From Planctomycetota bacterium (lineage in GTDB: Bacteria > Planctomycetota > B15-G4), in assembly GCA_029245865.1 (NCBI GenBank), contig JAQWOM010000043.1, positions 76,846 to 140,845 of the forward strand: DNA of 64,000 nucleotides. The letters are read 5' to 3'. The stretch's first letter is position 1. Each line of letters starts with the position of its first letter. Both the position numbers and the translations under genes were made by a program. The notes beneath the pieces were generated by a model that had not been told where the DNA came from, did no database searches, and saw only the letters and a list, made by a program, of their open reading frames with translations. Of the stretch, positions 1 through 8,771 are shown piece after piece.

Positions 1-769
1 GGTCGCCGCTCAGGAGCAGCATGTCGACCAGACGGTTCCAGAGCGGAAACAGAATCACGAGTGTCCAGAGCACCATGAAGAAGGCGTCTTGCCAGGTCAC
101 AGATTCCAGTACTGGAAAAGCAGTGTAGGACTGAAGCGCAACCGTCTTGCCCGGCTCTGGCTCTTTTCCGTACTTCGCTGCCTTCAAAGTCGACTTGATC
201 TCGGCAGCACTCTCCGAGAGCAGTTCAGCCTCTGACTTCACAGCCGCCGAGTCACCCTCAAGAGAGGCGGCCACCAGAGTGTCGGCAGCTCCCTGCGCCC
301 GATCCAGCAGCGCGTAATGATCGGGTGCGAGTTGCCGACGCATGGTGTTCAAGCGCAACGACAACGAGCCTCGGTCTAGATTGATCCATTCTTCGTATGA
401 TTTAGGAACGTTCTGACGCGATTCAAACCAATCCGCCTTGGCTGACCCCTCGAGCGTCTCACCGCGCGCAGTTTCCTTGGCCTCCCAGTCGACGAAGCCT
501 TTTTCTCCACTTTCCACCTTGCGGAGGAGGTCGCCGGCAACCAGCGTCACCAGGCGGTGTGCCGCACGATACTCGCCGTAGTTCGTGCCTTCGAAATAGA
601 GCGGGCGGTCATTGGCCAGCAGAGGCGCAAAAATTGCGACGGCATACAAACCCACCAGTAATGCCAAGGCGACGCGCACAGACTTTCGCTTCTTCAGCTG
701 CCCCAGAACCAGGTCCCAGTAGTCCTTGCTGTAGGTGTCGCGTTTCCCCCCTGCCCCTTGCTCAGTCAT
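1..769 (-). CDS. oppC: Oligopeptide/dipeptide ABC transporter permease (OppC/DppC-like), partial, runs off the window start
   Basis: Hand translation from ATG at 769 (overlapping the oppB stop): MTEQGAGGKRDTYSKDYWDLVLGQLKKRKSVRVALALLVGLYAVAIFAPLLANDRPL, a typical OppC N-terminus; downstream of oppB. Confidence 0.8.
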   Translation of the reverse strand, partial: MTEQGAGGKRDTYSKDYWDLVLGQLKKRKSVRVALALLVGLYAVAIFAPLLANDRPLYFEGTNYGEYRAAHRLVTLVAGDLLRKVESGEKGFVDWEAKETARGETLEGSAKADWFESRQNVPKSYEEWINLDRGSLSLRLNTMRRQLAPDHYALLDRAQGAADTLVAASLEGDSAAVKSEAELLSESAAEIKSTLKAAKYGKEPEPGKTVALQSYTAFPVLESVTWQDAFFMVLWTLVILFPLWNRLVDMLLLSGD

Positions 770-1763
770 ACGCAATCCTCGGGTCGACAACCGCATACAG
801 GATGTCGGAGAGAAGGAAGCCGAGCAGCGTCATGAATGCCGAAAAAGTGACCGTGGCCATGATGATGTTGTAGTCACGCATCACCAGGCCTTCGAACGCG
901 TAGAGCCCCATGCCAGGGATATTGAAGATGGTTTCCACCAGAACAGATCCGCCGATAAGGATCGGCAAGATACTGGCAAACACGGTGATGACAGGGATCA
1001 CTGAGTTACGCAAAGCGTGCTTGAAGATGATCTTCTTCCGGTCGAGCCCCTTGGCGCGAGCCGTGCGAATGTAATCTTGCTGAATCGTTTCGAGCATGCC
1101 GACACGCATCTGACGTGACAGGTACGCGACACCACCATAGGTCAGCGTGGCCACCGGCAAGACGCCGTGCCAGATCGTGTCCATCACGTACTGCCAGGTC
1201 GTCATGCTGGCAGCATCTTTGCCGTGCAAGCCGATCACGGGGAACCACTCAAGGCCCGTGGCACCGAAGGCCAGAATCAGCATGAGACCGGCCCAGAAGG
1301 TCGGCAGCGAATACAGCAAGAAGAGCCCGAAGGTGATCACCTTGTCCCAGAAGCTGCCTCGTTTCACCGCCGAGTAGATGCCAAGCGGCAAGGCAATCAG
1401 GTAGCTGAGAAGGGTTGCGATCAACGACAACGGCACAGTGATCTTCAGCCGCCGCCACAGTTCATCGGCAACCTGCACATTCGGCTGGAAAAACTCGGAA
1501 CCGAAGTCCAGCGTCGCGACGTTCTTCACCCACTCCCAGTACTGGACGTAGATCGGTTCATCGAGGTGAAAGCGCGCACGGAATTTATCGTACGCGCTCT
1601 GGGTGTCACCGCCCGCCTGCTGACCTTGCATGTCCAGGTCGCCCGCGGTGGCAATCGCGGCCGGGTCTCCGGGCGCAAGCTGAATCACCAGCATCAGCAA
1701 GACCGTGATGCCGAACATCGTGGGCACCATCCACAGAATGCGGCGCAAAATGTACAGGAGCAC
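762..1763 (-). CDS. oppB: Oligopeptide ABC transporter permease (OppB/DppB-like)
   Basis: MLLYILRRIL start, APGDP, EAA loop QDYIRTARAKGL..KHALRN, C-terminal DPRI. Confidence 0.95.
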   Translation of the reverse strand: MLLYILRRILWMVPTMFGITVLLMLVIQLAPGDPAAIATAGDLDMQGQQAGGDTQSAYDKFRARFHLDEPIYVQYWEWVKNVATLDFGSEFFQPNVQVADELWRRLKITVPLSLIATLLSYLIALPLGIYSAVKRGSFWDKVITFGLFLLYSLPTFWAGLMLILAFGATGLEWFPVIGLHGKDAASMTTWQYVMDTIWHGVLPVATLTYGGVAYLSRQMRVGMLETIQQDYIRTARAKGLDRKKIIFKHALRNSVIPVITVFASILPILIGGSVLVETIFNIPGMGLYAFEGLVMRDYNIIMATVTFSAFMTLLGFLLSDILYAVVDPRIAYD

Positions 1764-1811
1764 GCGGAGAGGCCCGGGGGAGGGAAGAATCGCGGAAGGA
1801 GAGTCTACGAA

Positions 1812-3854
1812 CTACTGATCGAGCGGCCGAGTGCCTGGAGTTCCTGCTTCAAGATACAGGTCACGCATTCGGTAACCGGGCTCAAACTTGTACAGCTTCA
1901 TGCCATGAACGCGCTTGTTGATCGCGATCTTGCGCGGCACGTTCCATCCGAAAAGATAGGGCTGAAGCTCATAAATACGCGCATGCATCTCGCGCCAGAT
2001 CTCGTGCCTCTTCTCCGCATTGAGTTCACGGCGACCAGCGTCGATCAGGCGGTCGACTTCGGCATCACGCAATCCTGCGTGATTGCTCGAACGCTTCTCG
2101 AAAACTGCCTCGTCACCGTGCCAGATCTGCATCGGATCCGATTCGGGCGTCGGCAGCGTCCAGGCCATGTTCACGGCGTCGAAATCACGGTCGAGGATCT
2201 TTTCGAGCAAGGTGGCCCACTCGTAAGACTGAATGTCGACGCCGACTCCGATCTTGCGGTACGCATCCTGCAGGGCCTGCAAGAACTTCTCGCTAGCCTT
2301 GTTGCCTGACGGCATGAGGACCTGAATCACCAGATCTTCACCATCTTTGTCGACGATGCCGTTGCCATCGCGGTCATACCACCCCGCTTCCGACAGCAGG
2401 TCCTCGGCCGCTTCGATGTCGTACTCGAGTGGCTCAAGATTCCGTGCATAAGCCGGGCCGAAGTAGAACTCGGTGCACATCGACCACAATGCGAAACCTT
2501 CGTAGTTGGTTTCAATCCAGCCCTGCACATCAAAAGCGTGTCCCAGCGCCTGACGAACGCGCACATCCTCGAACTTCTTGCGCCAGAGGTTCCACGATGT
2601 GTAGCCAATATTGCCTACGTACGTCAGCGCCTTGTACGCCCGGTCGGTAAACACCTTGCTGCGCGTGCCTTCACCGACGAAATCCTCGGACTTGAGTCGA
2701 TTGAAGATGTCGATCTCATCGTTGAGCATCGCCTGCCAGGCCGAGTCATCATCTTTGATGTACCGCCAGCGGATGTTGTCCAAGTAACCGGACTCCTCAG
2801 GACTCTTCTCCCAGTAGGTGTCGGCCTTCTCGGCATCCATGTACTGATTGCGTTCCCAACCGGTCACGCGGTACGGGCCGAGTCCAACCCATTCGATGTT
2901 GTGCGGGTTGTCATTGACCTCGGCAGCCTGCTCGTCGAGCGTGGCTTCTGGATTGTACTTCGGGTGGTCGGGGTCGAGCAGGTTGTAGAGGTGGCTGGGA
3001 AGAATGCAGAAGTCCAGGCCGAAGGAGCCCAGCGTTCCGAAATACTGCTCATCCCAGAAGAAGCGCACCACACCGGGCCCCAACACATCTGTGCGCTTGA
3101 TTTTCGCGTACTTCCAGCGCTTCTCATCGCAATCCACGCCCGGGTTCTTGTAGAGCTCCCAGCTGAACACGAGATCATTTTCGTCCAGCGGGTGGCCATC
3201 TTGCCAGAGCACGTCATCCCTCAACTGGAAGGTGTAGACCGTCTCGCGCTCGACCGATTCAACATCGGCCTTCGGGACCGTCGTGCGCTCCATCTCGTGG
3301 AACTGACTTCCGCTTTCAACAACGTAAGCGTCTGCCGTTTCTTCGACAATCTTGCCGAAGACGATGTTCTGAAAATCCTCGCCCGGCCCGCCCTTCAGGA
3401 AGAGCGCGTCCTCCACGTCATAGCCGGCCGCCGCGTCCAACTCGTACTCCCAGGTGACGGGGCTGAACTGGAGCAGGCCAGCATGCAGGTCGAGATGCGC
3501 GTGCCGAATACTCGCGGAGTTTTCGATGGCGAAGTTCAGATTGGGAGGCTCAGAAGACACGTGGGTGATGAGGCGCCCGCCGAGCGCAGGTTTCACCTTG
3601 CCATCCGGGTGCAAGCGGTCGACCTCCGGGTCGCCCGGCCCAGCCAGGTCGGCTTCGGTCACTCCCGCAGCTCTGAGCGCGGGAGTCAACTCGCGATCCC
3701 CGCCTTCCCCCACCGTCCCACGGACTGCCAGAGCCGAGGGACTGCTGATCAGCAACACGAAAGTCGCAAGCAGTCCCATGAGCAGGCCTGGTTGCCTTGA
3801 GGGGGCCTGCGAGTTGTCAGTGGAAATCCTGATGCGAGCGAGAGGACTGGGCAT
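1812..3854 (-). CDS. ABC transporter substrate-binding protein, family 5 (OppA/DppA-like)
   Basis: YTFQLRDDVLWQDGHP, GLGPYRV, FEDVRVRQALGHAFD, DAEVDRLIDAGRRE motifs; signal peptide ending SALA; start uncertain. Confidence 0.9.
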   Translation of the reverse strand: MPSPLARIRISTDNSQAPSRQPGLLMGLLATFVLLISSPSALAVRGTVGEGGDRELTPALRAAGVTEADLAGPGDPEVDRLHPDGKVKPALGGRLITHVSSEPPNLNFAIENSASIRHAHLDLHAGLLQFSPVTWEYELDAAAGYDVEDALFLKGGPGEDFQNIVFGKIVEETADAYVVESGSQFHEMERTTVPKADVESVERETVYTFQLRDDVLWQDGHPLDENDLVFSWELYKNPGVDCDEKRWKYAKIKRTDVLGPGVVRFFWDEQYFGTLGSFGLDFCILPSHLYNLLDPDHPKYNPEATLDEQAAEVNDNPHNIEWVGLGPYRVTGWERNQYMDAEKADTYWEKSPEESGYLDNIRWRYIKDDDSAWQAMLNDEIDIFNRLKSEDFVGEGTRSKVFTDRAYKALTYVGNIGYTSWNLWRKKFEDVRVRQALGHAFDVQGWIETNYEGFALWSMCTEFYFGPAYARNLEPLEYDIEAAEDLLSEAGWYDRDGNGIVDKDGEDLVIQVLMPSGNKASEKFLQALQDAYRKIGVGVDIQSYEWATLLEKILDRDFDAVNMAWTLPTPESDPMQIWHGDEAVFEKRSSNHAGLRDAEVDRLIDAGRRELNAEKRHEIWREMHARIYELQPYLFGWNVPRKIAINKRVHGMKLYKFEPGYRMRDLYLEAGTPGTRPLDQ

Positions 3855-4216
3855 GGCGTGAGTTCCGGAGTCGTCGGAGAGCCGTGAGTGGCCCACGGAC
3901 AAGGAGCAAAAGGACGTGCGATGCGTCTGTCGGCGTCTGGCCTGAGCACACCCTGGTCAGAGCAACCGTCGTAGATCGGATGGAAGCCGGTGATCACGAC
4001 TGACCCGGCCAGCATGTGATGGTGTTGGGGAGAAGAAAGAAGCCACGCCACGGATAAAAACCAGCCCGCCAAAACGCCGAGTCGAGGGCTCCAAAAGGGG
4101 AGCGCAAGGTACTGCCAGCGGCATGTGGTGTCAATGCTCGCAGAACATCACAACGTCTTGAATCGCAAGCTCTTGCGGCGATACCAGAAGATCTAGCGCC
4201 CCAACTGTGGAGAGCC

Positions 4217-4750
4217 TCAGAGCGGCAGATACTGCGCCGCCGGAATCCGGAGGCCTCCCAGTTCCAGGCTGCCAAACGGAGAGTCGGCAGTGAGGACATG
4301 GGCCGCGCACAAGGCCAGCAACACGGCCGCCTCCAGCATCCCACGCCAACGCATTCTCACGAGGGTCCAGGGCATCATGGCACGCAGCAGGCGCGTCAAG
4401 CCCAGGGCCCCTGCAGCCAGCACCGGAGCCGCCACATACAGGGCCATGGCTCCCGCCTGAGTCGCGCAGCGAATCGCCTTTGGCTCTGTCATGCCGCCTT
4501 CTCCTCGACGCGCCAGCAAGGAGGCCACGCCGAGCATGCCCCCGAAACCTGTCAGCGCAGAGCCCAACTCATTGGGCAACAAGAATGGCTGCTCAGGGAA
4601 CAAATACGACCGCAATGCCAGCAAACCGACTGTCCATGTGTAAGCCGCCACAGCACCCGCCAGAAGCGCCAATGTGCGCTGCCAGGACACATGGCTCGCG
4701 GTGCTCAGAGCTCCCAGCAACAGGGGCCGCAAGCACGACAGCATGGCCAC
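4217..4750 (-). CDS. Hypothetical membrane protein
   Basis: 177 aa ORF with several hydrophobic segments filling the gap between ridA and oppA; no recognisable motif. Confidence 0.4.
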   Translation of the reverse strand: MAMLSCLRPLLLGALSTASHVSWQRTLALLAGAVAAYTWTVGLLALRSYLFPEQPFLLPNELGSALTGFGGMLGVASLLARRGEGGMTEPKAIRCATQAGAMALYVAAPVLAAGALGLTRLLRAMMPWTLVRMRWRGMLEAAVLLALCAAHVLTADSPFGSLELGGLRIPAAQYLPL

Positions 4751-4783
4751 TACGGCAACGAATTGATCCAGGAGGTCGATAGC

Positions 4784-5170
4784 TCAGCTCACCGAAGCGA
4801 CGGCCTCGATCTCCACCAGTGCATCTTTGGGGAGGCCTGCCACGGCCACGGTGGACCGAGCTGGTAGCACAGACCCGAAAGCCTGTTCGTACACGACGTT
4901 CACGGCAGCGAAGTCCTCCATGCTGCGCAGAAACACCGTCGTCTTCACAACTCGGGAGAGCCGGCTTCCCGCAGCTTCAAGCACCCCCGCGAGGTTTTTC
5001 AGCACCTGTTGCGCCTGCTGCTCGACGCCCCCACTCACCATCTCGGCGCTTACGGGGTCGAGCCCGATCTGCCCACTTGTGTAGACCAGAGAACCAGCCA
5101 CAACGGCTTGGCTGTAAGGACCGATAGCTGCAGGAGCCTTCTCGGTGGCAACGATTTGATGTTCAGCCAT
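4784..5170 (-). CDS. ridA: RidA/YjgF/UK114 family reactive-intermediate deaminase
   Basis: APAAIGPYSQA, TSGQIG, VVKTTVFL, PARSTVAVAGLPKDALVEIEA; start set at MAEHQ. Confidence 0.95.
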   Translation of the reverse strand: MAEHQIVATEKAPAAIGPYSQAVVAGSLVYTSGQIGLDPVSAEMVSGGVEQQAQQVLKNLAGVLEAAGSRLSRVVKTTVFLRSMEDFAAVNVVYEQAFGSVLPARSTVAVAGLPKDALVEIEAVASVS

Positions 5171-5294
5171 GACTGGAACGACTCCTGGATCGACACTTTG
5201 CCTTTTCATCGCCCCCGAAACGTGACGGGAGCACGCATTCACTCTTCATCTATCTTCACCTATCACGCTTTACCTATCACGATCTATCGCGTGA

Positions 5295-5765
5295 TCAGTC
5301 TCGATCTGCGAGTGCAGCAGCGACGGCCGCAGGAACAAATCTTGTCACATCCCCACCGGACCGATGCACTTCGCGCACCAAGCGTGAAGAGATGTGTGCC
5401 GTCACCATCGATGCGGGCAAGAAAATCGTCTCCATGTCAGCATCTAATTGACTGTTCGCTCGCGACATCTGCAACTCAGACGAAGCATCTCCCGAGTCAC
5501 GAAGACCGCGCACCAGGACGGACGCCCCGACCTCGCGCGCTGCTGTCACGGCCAGCCCTTCAAAGGCGACCACTTCGACATCGCTCGGCAACACGTCACG
5601 CAACAACTCCAACCGCTCTTCGAGAGCGAGCCAGCCCTGCTTGTCGGCATGCCGACCGACTCCGACCACCAAACGATCCAGCACACGCAGAGCGCGTTGT
5701 GCCAGATCCACATGGCCATGTGTCGGAGGGTCGAAAGAACCCGGGAAGAATCCGCTGATAGGCAT
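5295..5765 (-). CDS. coaD: Phosphopantetheine adenylyltransferase
   Basis: FPGSFDPPTHGH, VRGLR, ISSRLVRE. Confidence 0.95.
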   Translation of the reverse strand: MPISGFFPGSFDPPTHGHVDLAQRALRVLDRLVVGVGRHADKQGWLALEERLELLRDVLPSDVEVVAFEGLAVTAAREVGASVLVRGLRDSGDASSELQMSRANSQLDADMETIFLPASMVTAHISSRLVREVHRSGGDVTRFVPAAVAAALADRD

Positions 5766-5821
5766 GGGGGCAGGATAGCAGGGACGGCACCGACCCGCCC
5801 AAACTCGCTTCTCTGGCGGGA

Positions 5822-7138
5822 GTGCCCCCGGGGACGCAACGCCAGCGGAGTCCATCCGTCCACTCTCACGTGTCAAACGTCGGACTGCTTCTCTTTGCCC
5901 TCCTTGCCCGGCTTCTACCCGGCGGCTGGGGGCTCGTGGTTGCCCCTCTGGCAGCCACTCGCCGTGTCGGCCGCCCAGCGATCTGCGGGCTGTTCATGCT
6001 GAGTCTCTCCACGACTTCTTCGAGCTCCTTCGAATCAACACGAACAGATCTTGGTGTGCACGCGGTGCAACTCACAGGCCAATGGCGGTCTCCTCCGGGG
6101 CAAGACTCCTACCTGAACACAACCTCCGGAGACGTCGCCATTCAGCTTGCTGCTGATCTCTCCGCCCCACCCCCGGGGGCAATCGTCACGGTGCTGGCGC
6201 GCCTTGATTCAAGCGGACGGGCCACGGGCATTCACATTTCAGACCAGCACAAACCTAGCGGTGCCTGGATCGATCGCTGGTGCGCCACTGCCGTCCAAAG
6301 GATTCGGTCACTTGCAGGAGCACATCGTGGACTCGTCGAAGCCCTGCTTCTTGGCCGCCGGGAGAGCCTTCCTCCCACCACACGCGACGACTGCATCGCA
6401 ACGGGAACCATGCACCTTTTTGCTTTGAGCGGATTGCATGTGGCACTTCTCACAGCAGCAGTTCTCCGCATCCCTGGCCTCGGGCGTGCATCCACCCTGG
6501 CTTCTCTTGCAAGCATCCTCGCTTTCCTTGCATTGACAGGGAGCAGACCGTCGCTGATGCGCGCCTCACTGAGTTGGCTCGGGCTCACAACAGGGCTCTT
6601 GAGCGGGCGCGCCGGCCATGCACTTCCTCGCCTTCTAGCCGTGGCCTTAGCTCTCGCAGTGATCTCACCGAGACTTGCGCAGGACCTTGGGGCACAACTT
6701 TCATTCCTTGCTGTCGGCGGCCTACTGGCTGCTGTGCGCTTGGTTCGAGGTGGATGGCTCGGCCCGGCCGGCGCCTTTCTCACCACGGCCCCCTTGTGCC
6801 TCGAAGTCTTCGGTCGCGTGCAACCCTGGGGTCTTCTGATCACCCCTTTGCTTGTACCTGCCGTGGCACTGCTGTTGATCACAGGCGTGGTGGCCGTCTT
6901 CCCGGGCATGCTGCTGGCCGGACTTGACCCACTCACCGGCCCCCTTCTTCGTGGCTCCGCAGACGCACTCACATGGCTTCTGCACGCGTCTGCCTTCTAC
7001 GTCCCCGCCCCATGGACTCCGCCTCCATTCCCTCTTCCCGGCGCCCTTGTCTCCCTTGCCGTCCTTGCCGCTCTGCTCGCGCTTCCGTCCTGCCGCAAAC
7101 ACGCAGCAACATCGCTAGCCAACAACAGGTACGACTGA
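5822..7138 (+). CDS. comEC: ComEC/Rec2 family competence membrane protein (no C-terminal metallo-beta-lactamase domain)
   Basis: ALLLG, TGTMHLFALSGLHV, TGSRPSLMRA, DLGAQLSFLAV; start uncertain. Confidence 0.85.
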   Translation: MPPGTQRQRSPSVHSHVSNVGLLLFALLARLLPGGWGLVVAPLAATRRVGRPAICGLFMLSLSTTSSSSFESTRTDLGVHAVQLTGQWRSPPGQDSYLNTTSGDVAIQLAADLSAPPPGAIVTVLARLDSSGRATGIHISDQHKPSGAWIDRWCATAVQRIRSLAGAHRGLVEALLLGRRESLPPTTRDDCIATGTMHLFALSGLHVALLTAAVLRIPGLGRASTLASLASILAFLALTGSRPSLMRASLSWLGLTTGLLSGRAGHALPRLLAVALALAVISPRLAQDLGAQLSFLAVGGLLAAVRLVRGGWLGPAGAFLTTAPLCLEVFGRVQPWGLLITPLLVPAVALLLITGVVAVFPGMLLAGLDPLTGPLLRGSADALTWLLHASAFYVPAPWTPPPFPLPGALVSLAVLAALLALPSCRKHAATSLANNRYD

Positions 7139-7142
7139 CTTC

Positions 7143-8621
7143 ATGAAAAACTCACAGGCTCATAAAGACGCACGCGTTCACACTTACTGCCTTCACGGAT
7201 CACGCGCACAGGAAGTTGAACTCGAATTGCAACTCACTGGCGGACTCATGCAGCGCATCATCATGAGCGGATTAGCTGGGGGCGCCTTGCGTGAATCCCG
7301 CGAACGCATTCGCGGGTGTCTTGAACGTGCGGGGCTTCAACTCCCGAAACGGTCTTTACTCGCTAATTTTGCTCCAGCCGACATTCCCAAACAGGGCAAT
7401 GGGTTTGACCTCCCCCTCGCGCTTGGGATTCTTGCGTTGACCGAGCAGGTAAATCGAGCGGCACTCAGTGATCGTGCCATCGTTGGCGAAGTCGCTCTAG
7501 ACGGCCGACTGCGCCCCATTCGCGGAGCTCTCACCCTGGCGCTTGCAGCACGGCAGGCGGGGAGAACTCGCTTCATGCTGCCCTGGGAAAACGGCCCCGA
7601 GGCTTCTCTCGTAGACGGACTGAAGATTGAAGCCGTCCGAACGATTCAACAGGCACTTGACGTTCTGAGCGGGACTCCTGCACCTGAGCCACCCGCAACA
7701 TCCCAGAGTGATGCAACCCCGCTTGATCTCGCGGACGTACGTGGACAAGCGTCGGGGCGCCGCGCACTCGAAATCGCAGCACTGGGCGGACACAACCTCC
7801 TCATGTCCGGCCCCCCCGGCACGGGCAAGACCATGCTCGCGCAAAGATTGCCGGGACTGCTCAACCCACTCACCGAAGAAAACGCCTTGGAAGTCTCAGC
7901 ACTGCATGGGCTGGCCAGCGGTGGTGTCTCATGCATTGTTCGCCACCCACCCTTTCGCGCGCCGCATCACACCATCTCTCGCGGTGGACTGACGGGAGGC
8001 GGCAACCCGATCACTCCCGGTGAATTGAGCCTTGCTCATCGTGGCGTTCTCTTTCTCGACGAGATGCCAGAGTTTCCGCGGATGCTCCTTGAGACTCTTC
8101 GCCAGCCCCTCGAAGAAGGAAAGATTCGGCTCGCTCGAGCGGGCCGTGCCGTGGAGTTCCCAGCACGAGTACAACTCGTGGGCGCCATGAATCCGTGCCC
8201 CTGTGGATACAGGGGCCACCCGCGTCGGGGTTGCCGGTGCTCACCCTCCTCACTGGCTCAGTATCGCCGGCGAATTTCGGGGCCTCTCCTCGACCGATTC
8301 GATCTGGCCGTCGACGTGCCTCCGCCGGAAGCGGACAGCTTGCTCACATCCAAGAAGGGCGAATCCACCGCGGCGGCTCGGCTGCGTCTTTCGGCAGCCG
8401 CCCCTGCTCAACCCAACGCACCCGCTGTACCCAAGAATCGCCGTGTGCGGCGGCGATTAGAGCAAGCCATTGCGACTTTTGCGCTCTCCCCCCGTGGAAT
8501 GCACCGAACCATAGCTGTGGCACGAACCATTGCCCGACTACGTGGAGCCGAAGAGACCGACATCTCAGACCTCGACGAAGCTCTCTCATTCCGCAACGGC
8601 TTCTCCGGAGCTTCCGAATGA
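7143..8621 (+). CDS. comM: ComM/YifB Mg-chelatase-like AAA+ ATPase
   Basis: RESRERIR, GNGFDLPLA, GPPGTGKTMLA, PFRAPHH, PGELSLAHRGVLFLDE, AMNPCPCG, SGPLLDRFD. Confidence 0.95.
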   Translation: MKNSQAHKDARVHTYCLHGSRAQEVELELQLTGGLMQRIIMSGLAGGALRESRERIRGCLERAGLQLPKRSLLANFAPADIPKQGNGFDLPLALGILALTEQVNRAALSDRAIVGEVALDGRLRPIRGALTLALAARQAGRTRFMLPWENGPEASLVDGLKIEAVRTIQQALDVLSGTPAPEPPATSQSDATPLDLADVRGQASGRRALEIAALGGHNLLMSGPPGTGKTMLAQRLPGLLNPLTEENALEVSALHGLASGGVSCIVRHPPFRAPHHTISRGGLTGGGNPITPGELSLAHRGVLFLDEMPEFPRMLLETLRQPLEEGKIRLARAGRAVEFPARVQLVGAMNPCPCGYRGHPRRGCRCSPSSLAQYRRRISGPLLDRFDLAVDVPPPEADSLLTSKKGESTAAARLRLSAAAPAQPNAPAVPKNRRVRRRLEQAIATFALSPRGMHRTIAVARTIARLRGAEETDISDLDEALSFRNGFSGASE

Positions 8622-8771
8622 CGAAGCGAAAGGTCGGATTTGAGTACCTCGGAGACAAGTCTCCTCACGCACACGCACTTCATCCCGTAACAGCGCGTTG
8701 TAAAGTTCAAGTCCGGCGCATGCTACTGTAGCGCGTCCCCCCATCCACCCAGGAGAGCGCGACCGCTGTCC

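Noticed and set aside
4190..4219. TGA readthrough or selenocysteine in the hypothetical membrane ORF
   Set aside because: An in-frame TAG follows seven codons later; no supporting context
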